Source of the DNA: the human T2T-CHM13v2.0 reference genome, Homo sapiens
Reading direction: 5' to 3' (one strand)
DNA length: 64,000 bases
NCBI RefSeq assembly: GCF_009914755.1
Contig: NC_060933.1
The notes below the pieces were generated by a model. It saw only the letters and a program-made list of their open reading frames with translations. It made no database searches and was not told the origin of the DNA. Positions 48,151-64,000 of this stretch are shown piece by piece. Position 1 is the first letter of the stretch. The number at the start of each line of letters is the position of its first letter. Position numbers and translations under genes: made by a program.

Positions 48151-51100
48151 CTTTGCCAGATTTTGATAACCCTAAGTAGTCTCTGCTAGTCTTCCCAAAA
48201 TTCTCATCCCATTTTGTATATTTCCTAGGATCTCCTTGATCCTTTAATCATAATCTCATGATTAAATGAACAGATGTTATATGCAGAGAAAGGAATTGAA
48301 AGAGAGAGAGGGTTGAGGTTAGTTGGAGGTCCCTGAGAAGGGGCTATTGATTTTTCCTTTGTCTTATATTCCTTGAGTCATACTGGCAGCGTAGGTACTA
48401 CTCAAATGTTTGTGAAAGATGCAAGGGAGTCTTTCTAGGTCCTGCAGTTTTAGAGGAAGACAGAGACAACAGGCAAGCATGTTTTCCAGGAAACCCTATT
48501 ATTCATTTAGCCTGCCCTTGACATAGTTTAGCTATGTTTAACTTAGTAATTTAGCTAAAGTTTTCTTTCTCTACAAACATACTTCCTTCTGGATCGTTTT
48601 GTTTGCCCCAGACTGGTACAACTTCAGGAGCATGCCTGTGTTTCCCTATAAGCCCCTACTTGTTGAGTTTATCTTAGTTGTCTGCAGGTGCCTTAAATGC
48701 CCTGAGTAATCTAAACTTCATCAGAATCCTCTCCCACACACAGGAGTGGATGTCAGGTGATGACCTCACTGAATTCGTTAAAGTCAGTCCTGCTAACGAG
48801 TGGCCTATGGTGGCACAGTGATAGTTTTGCACTTGATTAGCATTCTGTTAGAATGCATGAGGAATAAAGTTTAGAAAGCTGACATAAAAGGAAATGAGAT
48901 AAACCTTGCAAAAAACCCAGTCAAACCAGGGGAGCGTGTCAATAGTAGGATGGACCTTTATGTCTTGTGAAAGGAAATGCAATATTTTACATGTTGTCTA
49001 GTTTTTAGGGGAAAGCACTGTTTATGTCTGGTTTTTGCTCAAAATTGTATCACCAGTACCGTTCACAGGGCCAGACACATAGTAGGTGCTTAGTAAAGAT
49101 TTGTTTTGTTAATTGCTTAAAGTTCTCCAGTTTTGCTCATGGCCTAAGCCACCAAAGGCTGATATAGGTAAAGGAAATGGAGATATCTAGAGAACCACCC
49201 CATGGTGGCAATTCAAGCATTAGGTGAAGATTTGAAACCTTAGATCATCTCTAATCTTTAGATTCTGGGATCAGGTAAAACAATTTCTAGGAGGGCTTAG
49301 AATTTTTATTATTTAGGTTTATGTATCTGGGGCCTTGGGTACAGTCTGCTGAAAAGTGCCTATTCATTTCTTCTAATAGGTTGGGTGGTGGCAGCAGCAG
49401 TTGCTGCTACTGCTAATAATAATAAAAACTATTATTTATGTATAGTTAATTGCATGCCTGGCTTGGTACTGTACTTAGTGCTTTACACACATAATCTCAT
49501 TTAATCTTTGCAATAACTTTGTGAGGAAGATACTATTTTAAAGTCCCTTTTCATAGATAAACTGAGAACTACAGAAGTATTAATAACTTGCTCACGTCTC
49601 CACAATAAGTAGTAGAGCTTGAATTCAAATCCAGGAAAGCCTGATCCCTCAGGCCTGCTTCCTTAATCTATATAATACTGTCCACTCCTAGTTCGTGTCT
49701 TTTAGTCCTAGTTCTGTTGTGTGATTTGTGGTCTTAATTTCCCTCTCCTGGTCTTAGTTTTCTCATCTATTTTACAACTTGAGATTACTACCTTTTCTTC
49801 CCCTTTTGCCCAGGCTGAAGTACAGTAGCATCATCACAGCTCACTGCAACCTCCACTTCCTGGTCTCAAGTAAGGAGATTGCTACGAATTCTAGCATTTC
49901 ATACTTAGTCTCTGCTTGAAGGAGCTACAGCAGCTCATTTTCTGGGCAAGACAAGTTGTAAATTCATTTACCCATCAGTTTTTAGCCTGTATGTCTGGCA
50001 TTCTCAATCAAAACTCTTCAAAACTGACCAGCCCTTTTATTAATCTTTATATGCCTTTATATGCCATGAAAGGAAAGGTTGTTCATGCTTTCAAAATGTA
50101 GTTTGTAAACTGAATGCGTTATTAATACTAGTACTAGTTATTGTTAATGCTGTTTCTGGTTATTATTTATTTAGCATCCTTTTATTGTACACCTAAGGGT
50201 ATCAGGCTAAGTACTTTATATGCATTTTCCATAGTCATTACAGTACTCTTTTTATAAACTAAGAAAACAGGTTTAGACAGGTTAAATAAATTGCCTGCTT
50301 CCCCACAACTTGTGACAGTGCTAAGATATGATCTCAGTCCTATATAACTTTAAGGTTCATTCTTTTGTTTTGTTTGCTTTTTCTACTACCTTGGTTACTC
50401 ATTTCATGGAATGGGGAAAACCCAGTGGTGCTAGAAGAGGCGAGATTAATATGGAATATAATTATGTAATTTTTCTGAGTCTTAGGGCAGCCAGAGTAGA
50501 CACAGCTTAAGGGACAGATTCTCATCGGGAGCTGAAGAGATGTGCTAGTACAGTATGGTATGGGATGTACAGTATTAATCATTAGGTCAAGGGATGTGGG
50601 AAGATGGTAGGCTGATGTTAGATGAGGTGGGAGGTCAAGAATTAATGGCACAAAGTGCACAACAGGAAACAGACATTCAAGGGATCATGAAGGGAGCCAA
50701 GATGATACATAGCATGTTGGATACTCATTCTGATTGGTTGTACAGTTGATAGCTGGCAGAAAATGGGCAGCTTACTTAAAGATTTGGAATGATAAGACAA
50801 TTCCTTTTATTTGTGTAGTCTTTTGGGGAAACTGAAGTCAAATTGACCTTCTATCTGAGTCATTCTCAGTATTACAGTAATGACCAGATGTGCCCTTCTG
50901 GAGGAGACGGGCTCTATCTGCCTGTCTCTTAGCTCCATTTCAGGCTAAGATCCTTCACAAAGCAGTGTTTTCAAGTCATGGAAGTGGGAAAAGTGGTTCT
51001 GGCTTTTTCCAGGTTTGAGACTATTTCCGTGCCTCATGCTTTAGTGAGGGGAACACAGGTTTTCCTGGCAAAGCATGGCAGCTTTGGGGCAGGAATTCTT

Positions 51101-51475
51101 GACATCCTCAGAGAGCTTGGTGAAGCTGTAGTCAGCTGAGATAATTTGGGGATGTGGGCATAGTAAATTCATTTTTTTAAACCTGATGTCTTAGACAGAG
51201 AGGTAGGAAGCTTTTCAATTGAAGGAGGGATATGATATTCCAGAAAGCTTGGGAAATAATTTGCTGCTATTTTTACAAGTTGGCAGCCTTGTTTAATAAA
51301 CTGATCTGCACTGCCAGCTCTGGGAAGAACACAGATGTCCCTGTGCATTGTAAGGTAACGTTCTAGATTCAAACTCCAAATGTCCTCAGTCTGTTGTCCC
51401 AGACGATAGAAGAGAGAACTGTAGCTATTGATTTAGAATTGAGAAGGGTTGCATGGATCCTGAGTTGTAATTTCT

Positions 51476-51791
51476 CTTTTTTTTTTTTTTTTTTTTTTTT
51501 GAGATGGAGTCTCGCTCTGTCACCCAGTCTGGAGTGCAGTGGCGCGTCTCGGCTCACTGCAAGCTCCGCCTCCCAGGTTCATGCCATTGTCCTGCCTCAG
51601 CCTCCCGAGTAGCTGGGACTACAGGCGCCTGCCACCACGCCCAGCTAATTTTTTTTTTTTTTTTTGTATTTTTAGTAGAGACGGAGTTTCACCGTGTTAG
51701 CCAGGATGGTCTCGATCTCCTGACCTCATGATTCGCCCACCTCAGCCTCCCAAAGTGCTGGGATTACAGGCATGAGCCACCACGCCTGGCC
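51476..51791 (-). mobile_element. AluY in the TRIM32 intron
   Basis: Y diagnostics (gcaagctccgcc, accgtgttagccaggatggtctcgatctc); 16-bp TSD CTGAGTTGTAATTTCT (51460-51475, 51792-51807). Confidence 0.92.
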
Positions 51792-54682
51792 CTGAGTTGT
51801 AATTTCTATCAGTATGTCTATGCTATTGCCCCTAGACACTTGGCATTTAAGAATTTACCATTCATAGTTTCAGATATCCACATCAGACCTCATACGCTCA
51901 TGATATATGGTAAATATTATTTTGCTGAGGTATGGATTTGAGTCATAATGGGTTGCAAGCTTGCTGTGTGAGAGTAGGTCACTCAGCTAATAAATCAATC
52001 TATCCCACTCTATAGCAGCAGAATCTCATAACTATATTAGTGTTCCTTCTGTGTTATGGAGAAAATGCGTATGCTATAAGGCAGCATTCCCCAGAGCGTG
52101 GTCAAGGGAACATTAGTTAATCATTGTTATGTGACAGTAAAAAATAGCTTGAAATAATGTTGGGTTAAATAAAGTAAAAATATCTGTACTTCAAGGTTCC
52201 ACTATGTTTGAGCTGTGTGACCTTGAGCAAGTTTTTCTGAGCATTCGTTTCCTCATCTGTAAAATAGGATAATAAAAATATTACCACTTCATAGTGTCAT
52301 CATGAAGATTAAAAGAGATTAAGCATATAAAGTATCTGTCATAGTAACTAGCATATAATAGGCACTAGATGCATAGTTTCCCTTGCAGTACAAAGGAAGT
52401 GGGATATCAGGGAGGAAGGATTGACTTTAGATAATTGTGCATGTCTGCTGCTATGTATTTGTCAGATTGCATTCCAAAGCTAATATGGTAGAAATTTGTT
52501 GTAATGTATATCTCTACATTAACTCCCCTTCTTCTCTATGCCTGGAGAAAGAGTTGATGTCATGTGCAAAGTGTTCTTGAGCTAAATGCATTGTCCTTAA
52601 AATCAAACGAACTTGCCCTCCACTTCCTCCTTCTCCTGGGTGGTTGACCATCTGCAGATCACAAGACTGCACAGATACAGCTGTAGGATTTGCGTTTATG
52701 AAATGCTGACTTTATCATATGCCTCAACTTGCTAGACCTATTCATTCTGATTTGGGGTATATGTTGACAGTGACCTAAGGCTACAGAGCACTGAGATCTC
52801 TCTGGGTCAACTTCATAAGTATATGTATATCAAGAGGGTTGGAGTGTTCATGGTTTGTATTGGGTGACGCAGAGGGTACTCTAAGCCAGAAATAAACTGT
52901 CTTGATAAGGCACTGCTATTTTTTAAATCATCTAGGCTTGAGTCTTTGGCTATCTCTGCTCTTCACCACTCCCCCACCATAATCCACTCACCTTTCAAAT
53001 CTTACTGACTATACTTCTGGATATTGCTCAAATGAATCTTTCCATTTCCACCACCTGCTCCCTAGTTCAGACTCCCCATTATCCCCGTCTTCTCTGATGT
53101 TTCCCCACTCCATTCCTGCTTTGATCATATCATCTTCCTGCTTCAAAACATTCATCACCTCACCATGCCCTTGAAAATGACGCTCAAAAATCTCATTTTG
53201 GCTCTGAAGACCTTTTATAATTATTCCCCCAATTTACCTTTCCAAGTCTGTTACTCTATTCCCCATATATACTCCCACAGTTTTAATCTAAGGATAATAA
53301 AAAAGAGAACTAAAATTCATTAAAGGCTTTTTTGGTGCAGAGCCAAATCTTAGCATTCTATACACTCTATATATTATTTCATTCTTACATTAACTCTGTA
53401 AAGACAGTATTTTTCCATTTTAAAGATGGAGAAAATAAAATGCATAGAGTTTAAGTATTCTCTGTTTTCTTTCTAATACATGAAACTTCTTGTCCTTTCC
53501 TTTGCCTTTTATACTTTGTTAAGGTTGTGCCTTTTGCCCACTTCTTTCTTCCCTCTCCATGTATTTATGCATCTTTCCAGGCCAATATAAAATGTCATCT
53601 TCCCTTTGAAAATTCTGTATCCCTTCAGATTGGAATGACTCCTCAACCCCCATCAAACTTAGTTTTTATTTCATTTATAGTACCACTTTCTGCCTTCATT
53701 ATTATTTACCTACATGTCTTGTCTTTTATAAAGTTTGAATATCTGAAGAGCAGGATCTGTATCCTAAAGACCTCTTGTATCTAGTACAGAACAAGATACC
53801 TAAACTTAGATGGGTGGATAGGTGAGTAAGTAGGAGGATAGATGCGTGGAAAATGTGTATTTTCTGATCTGATGTTTTGCAGATCACCTAAAACTAATCA
53901 TCACAATTTTCTGCTTCTGTGGATGATTCCTAGGCCCCCAAACATGACACAATAAACTCTGTGACATGATTAAAAAAAAAAAAAAAAGCCTCCACACTTT
54001 TGCTTACATGGTTTTCTTTGCTTAAAGTACCTTTATCCTCATTCCTTCATTTCTTTCAAGACATATCTTAGGAGTGAAACTGCTTTTGGGAAGCCTTCCC
54101 CAAGTCTGTTAGGTAGAATCCATCATTCCATCCACTGTACTCCAGCAGAACATTATGTGGACTTGCATGTTATACTTATTCCTTTTACTGTGCATAATTC
54201 TCCTGTGCTTTTCTCTTAGTGTAAATCAGAAGTTGTAAAATTCACCAAATATGAAAATAATCATTAGCTCATTAGCATTTATTACAAGTATACTACTTCC
54301 CTGGTGCTATACTAAGCACATCATATTTATCTTGTTACTTAGCCCTTATAATAACCATATAAGGCAGACACCATTATTACTTCTATTTTACAGATGAGTG
54401 ATGGGGAAAGAGCTTTTGGAAGTTTGAGTTAATTCCTTATGGTCATGCAGCTAAGTAAGTGTCTGAGACTACAGAATCTGAATTATTTCCCACTATGCAG
54501 TGTTTTGTCTGGTTTGTTTCCCTATCTGTCACCCTCACGTGACATATAATAGACCTCAATAAAATAGTTGTTAAGTAAGGGAATGACTGAATGACTGGTC
54601 ATAGCTATTCTCTAAATGTTTCTTGAGTGAATTTATTTATATAGTCAGAGGAAAATGAATAATGGTTTCTTTTTCTCTTTAG

Positions 54683-58320
<3,638 letters not shown>

Positions 58321-60016
58321 GTTTGTCTTGTTCTTTTCATCTGGAGAAAGCCCCATATTCTAATTATGAAATTGCATCCGATTTTCAAAGATTGGGTAAT
58401 TGAGAGGAAATTGATCCAATTGAAAGTGCATCACAAATGACTCCACTAGTTATTAGAGCCACTTTATCTGTGGGGGCACCCAGCAGCAGGAGATCTGTCT
58501 TTGCTGTCAGTGGGGGACTTGCTGAGGCAATAACAGTGGCTCAGGCCTTTGGCACACAGTTTGCAGTGGAGAGAGAAATATAATATTGTGGGCAGGCTGA
58601 AGGTAAATGAGGCCAGGAATCCTCCAGCTGTCTGTGCTTTTGAAAGAGGTGCCATCACTGAGTGACATTCAGCATTTAGATCTCTACCCATCTAAACCAG
58701 TCATGCCTTTTCCCTCAAGTAAAGCAGTTATCTGTTGGCTCAAAATGGAAGTGTGATCTGAGTCTTTTTCCTTTTTCCCCTTTGATGTGAATATTTTAGG
58801 CTGTGCTTAGTACAGTCGATGTTTAATTATCTGCTGTGTTGACTAAATTGCAGACTAGGGCCCCAAGAAACTAATTTGTTCAATTACAGCAGTTTTTTGG
58901 GTTTTTTTTTTTTTTTTGCTTTGTTTTTTAAAGCAGCAGTACCCTTGTCCAAATAAAGTCTTATATGGAAGTCTATCATGTAAAATAGATCAAAGAGCAG
59001 CTGCTCTGGTTGAAGCAGGTCTGTGCCGCTGAAGAATATGCTGTTTCCTCCCTTTACCTTACCTCCTGTGCTACCATTGCAAAACTTGTGAATCTACAGA
59101 ATACTTTTCTGAAAACCACTGAACTACAGCATTGCTTACCTTATAGTTCTGTCTTATTAGTCATGTGGCCTTGGGCAAGTCATTTAACTCTTCCTCTTCT
59201 GGAAAATAACAAAAATGATCCCTGCCTCCTAGAAGGGTATGAGATAACATGTGAAAATAACCTGGTTTCATTCCTGGAATATTCCATAAATGATGGCTGT
59301 TACTCTTTTATCTAGTTGCTCAAAAGAGCACCTGATGGTGGGAAGTGGTCCAACCATGCTAAACAGTTCCTTTCTTCTTGCTTAACAGGTTTCTATTTGG
59401 TGATTAAAACCTTTCTCAGGCATTTCTTTCCCCTCACAAGTCTCCAAATATATCAAGTTCATCTCTTCCTTTCTACTGTCTATTTCACATTCCTATTATA
59501 TAAATCACTGTGTTGCAATTATCTGTCCATATATTTGAGCTTTATTGAGGGCTAACTAATCTAGCTACCAGCATGTAACATGGTGCCTAGTATAGAATAT
59601 GTTATCAGTTATTTAATTGGTTCAGGTATTTACCTGACTTAATGGGACTCCAGTAACCCGAGTCTTCCTAGTGTAGCCCCCTTAGATTAGATAAAAAAGG
59701 ATACTCAGACAAGCCCTTTTATAAGGTGTTTAAAAGCTAGTGGCAAACAATTGACTTAGAGGTTGGTTAAGCCCCTCCTCCCTTTATCATTCTGAGTGGT
59801 TACATAGAATTTAAGATTTTGGAGCAATGATTCATTCAATATTTATTAACTACCTACTGTGGGCCAGTGTACACTCCGGACTTGAGTCTGTAGAGGGGCA
59901 CTCTTATTCCAATCAGTAGAATAAACGTGGCGTGAGCTTTACAGTGTTCCTCTGGGTAAGGCAAGTAATGCTTAAGTAGTTGTACTTTTAATCTAGTGCT
60001 AATTAATGGCCTCTTA

Positions 60017-60760
<744 letters not shown>

Positions 60761-63700
60761 AAAAGTGCAGTGTTACTCTACTCTGTAGGAGGGAAGTGGA
60801 AGGGAGAACCTAGTATGAGACTCAGGTCTCCACCCTGCACTTGACTAGGATGCTGATTTGCACTCAGGACATGCAGCCCTTCAAGGCATCTCAAATTACA
60901 GACATGAAACAACAGATGCCTGGATGAATTTTACAAGCAGGGCAACAGTGAGGAAGAAGGCTGTGTAGCAAAATATACACTTAGACTCCAGACCTATGGC
61001 TTTATCTTGTCAATATCATTAATATTCACGGGACCCAAGCTAAGGCTGAAGTTAGTGAGCCAGCTCTGGGTCTGGCAATGTACTCTAGTGAGAAGATCAC
61101 CGGCCTTGAAGTCAGGCTTGTGTCTGAATCACAGCTCTGCATTTTAACTAGCTGTGTGACCTCAGGTGATCACCATACTTCTGAGCCTCAATTTCCCTAT
61201 CTGTTAATTTAAATAAGGGTGTTGGTATGTCACCAAAATCCCTTCTAGCTCTAAGATTTTAATTAATTTGTTAACCAATGGAATTGTTGAGTTCCCCCCA
61301 ATGTTTTTGCATAATCTTTGTTATAACTGTGTTTTGTTTACATTAGAATAGTAGAACAACAACATCAACAAAAAACCCAAATCATCCCCAACTTGATATA
61401 ATTGCTTCTCTACCCCAGCTGTTGTGACTTTGTGTCACTTAGCTGTTGTCACCCTGCTGAGCTAGAGTTTTCCTTGGTAAAAGAAAATGAATGACAGTTT
61501 ATGTTTTAAAGGGCTGTTGTGAGAATTAAAATATATAAATGGGATAGTATATGTAAAAGTACCTAATTCAGAAAATGTGTGACTTCCATTATAGGGGGCA
61601 AAAGCATCCTTCCCTTCATGGTGAGTTGTTGATACACATTCAAGTGAAAGCCAGTGGAGATTTTCAGACCTGTATTGGTGATGCAATAGCATGTTCAGCA
61701 CTTCTTGGCCTCTTAATTGAAAAGCCTATTGGAGGAAGAGTGGGATTGCTGGAGGGGCAGAAGCAATACTCATTCACAGCAATGTATCCCATTAGGAAAG
61801 CTGTAAATAAATCCTAAAGTCTAATCATTTGATTAAAGTAATTAAGATGGCATCTTGACTCTTTTGAGGGGTAAATAGAGCCAAGATTTTTTTAAAGATT
61901 TTATATATATATGCACTAATATGTAGTACATACATCTAAGTATATACACACACGCACAGGTAGAGATGAAATTTTTTTTAAAACCTTAGAAACATGCATG
62001 TTTAGCTATTTCTTTAGATGGCTAGCTTCAAAGAATTTTTTCTCTAGGTCAAAATTTATTAACTCAAATAATTATAAAAATAAAAGTAAGCCACAAATAT
62101 CCCTGTTAAGTGGTTAAAGCTTGAGCTTTGTAAGCAGGGAGTCCTGAGTTTAGTCCTGTTTCCCTCAATTATTAGCTCTATGACCATTAAGTCACTTAAC
62201 CTCTCAGTCTGTTTTCTCACTAGTAATGACTGTTTCACATTTTATTGCAGTATTGTGAAGAGATGATGGATACATAAATGCCATTTAGCAGAATAAAAAG
62301 CATTTTTGAAATTACAGTAAACCAAATATATCTGAAATTACCTCATTTTTGTGATATAAAGATGATATGAAACTGGTAAGGGAAAGTCTAACCCCTGCAA
62401 CCACAAAGGAAAATTATTTACTAACTCACTGAAATCTTGATTGAAACCATGAAGAGTTTGTGTGAATGTATATAAGTCAAATGCATGTTTTCCCTATACA
62501 GATAAAACCAGGATTTTCTTGTGGTGATTTACCCAGTTTACCTGGTTATAACTATAATGGCATTGCATATTGTGAAAGAATATCAAAACCTGAGATTCCA
62601 TTTATTCACTCACTTATTAAACATATATAAGACATCTACCCTTTATTATTATTAGCAATACTTAATATGAGTAATGAATGCAAAGAAAATCAGTCATGAA
62701 TTTTGTAGTCAAGTAGCTTGTGGTCTGGCTGCAGAGATGATAAGGTATGTAAACAAATAATAAAAAATACAAGAGAGTAAGATAAATGGTAACAGGATAG
62801 AAATGGAGTGCCAAGTGTTTGAGTAAAGACTGCTGAGAAGATCTGGTTGCTGAAGGGCCTTAAAAGTAAAGGGAATATCGTGAACAAAGGTACAAGATTA
62901 GGATGAAGAGTGAGAAGTTGGTGCCAGAAGTTAAAACCACCCCAGAATGAGGGGACATTAAAGAAATTCAAAGGTCTAAAGTGGTTAAGTAATAATTCAA
63001 ATGGTTCTTTTTTTTTCTGCCCTAGTTTATATGACTTACTGCCAACAGTACCCATGGCTCAGTGAGGCTTCATACTTATAGAGGTGGTAGGGTATGAATC
63101 AGAATCTCCTTAGAGTCCTGAGGGTGGAGGGCAAAGGCATAGTTTGAAAATGCATACCCTCTTCGGTATTCTAATATCTCTCCTGATGGGGAATCACTGA
63201 TTGACATTGTCTCAGAAATACATTTTCTGTCCTTTAAAAATTCTGAAATAATATCAAATTTTTCTCCCCTCAGAAGCCTACGCCAAATAAGTGCTGTAAT
63301 CTTAGTACAACTTTGTAGTACAGTCAGACTCATTTGTTGATGTCTGACTGGCTGAGTTTTTAAAACCTATTATTCCCCCTTCCGCCCCATATCTGGACAT
63401 GCCAGTAAGAAAGCTCAAATGCTTCCACCTTTGTGCCTGGTGGAAGTTCAAACCACCTAAGAATCCTCACTGCAGCCCTACCTCCAAGCCACTAGGAAAA
63501 GCCAGGCTCCTCTACTTTCCCTGCTCAAGCCATTTCTGGACCTGCTTGAGAACTCGCTGCTCTCTGTAAAAGCCTCGTGTGAGTGATAAACCTTTTCATA
63601 TCTATTTGGTCCTAATGTAACATCAGTCCTAACACCTAAACCAAGTTTTGGGTAAGGGGTTCAACCTCTCCTCTGTGGGATGACTAAACACTTTATGCAA

Positions 63701-63918
63701 CAAGCAGAGGGTCTAGGAGATGACCACTACCACTGCAGGGCTCTCCTCTTGCTTTAGTTTGCTAACTGACTCTTGCTGGCTAGAATTTTTTTTTTTTTTT
63801 TTTTTTTGTCACTGCTGGCAAGCTCATGCTTTGTGCTGTGCTGCTTTGTACTGCGTTCACTGAGCCTTACCAAGCTTCTGTTATAGATGTGCTCAGCTAA
63901 GTTGGAATTTTTGATAAT

Positions 63919-63970
63919 TGGCATTTAAGAACAAGAATAAAGTGGCATTTAAGAACAAGATTAAAGTGGC
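63919..63970. repeat. 24-bp tandem duplication
   Basis: TGGCATTTAAGAACAAGA(A/T)TAAAG x2 plus TGGC. Confidence 0.9.
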
Positions 63971-64000
63971 CCTGGGTCATGTGTCTTGGTCGAGACTTAC

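Overview
Mammalian (human, recognisably the 9q33.1 ASTN2/TRIM32 locus) genomic DNA, mostly intronic and repeat-rich. It holds the whole TRIM32 gene on + (non-coding exon 1 in a CpG island at ~44.3 kb; one coding exon, CDS 54764-56725, 653 aa RING/B-box/coiled-coil/NHL E3 ligase). TRIM32 is nested antisense in an ASTN2 intron. One ASTN2 coding exon lies on - (8542-8807). The alternative first exon(s) of short ASTN2 isoforms (43714-~44270) share a bidirectional promoter with TRIM32. Repeats: about 17 Alus, three L1PA insertions (one with a 5' inversion), a two-LTR LTR8/HUERS-P1 provirus (30880-42515) carrying a nested LTR22 and L1PA3, MaLR LTRs, DNA-transposon MITEs, and many MIR/L2/L1M relics that are not all listed. 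The most unusual item is a ~410 bp templated insertion inside the Alu at 26.8-27.5 kb. It was copied from 8.1-8.5 kb and stops at, or within a few nt of, the ASTN2 5' splice site, which makes it a candidate fossil of repair templated on excised intron RNA. There is also an apparent L1-retroposed transcript that ends at an LTR poly(A) site (25.8-26.4 kb). Repeat subfamily names and gene isoform details come from recall, not from database searches.
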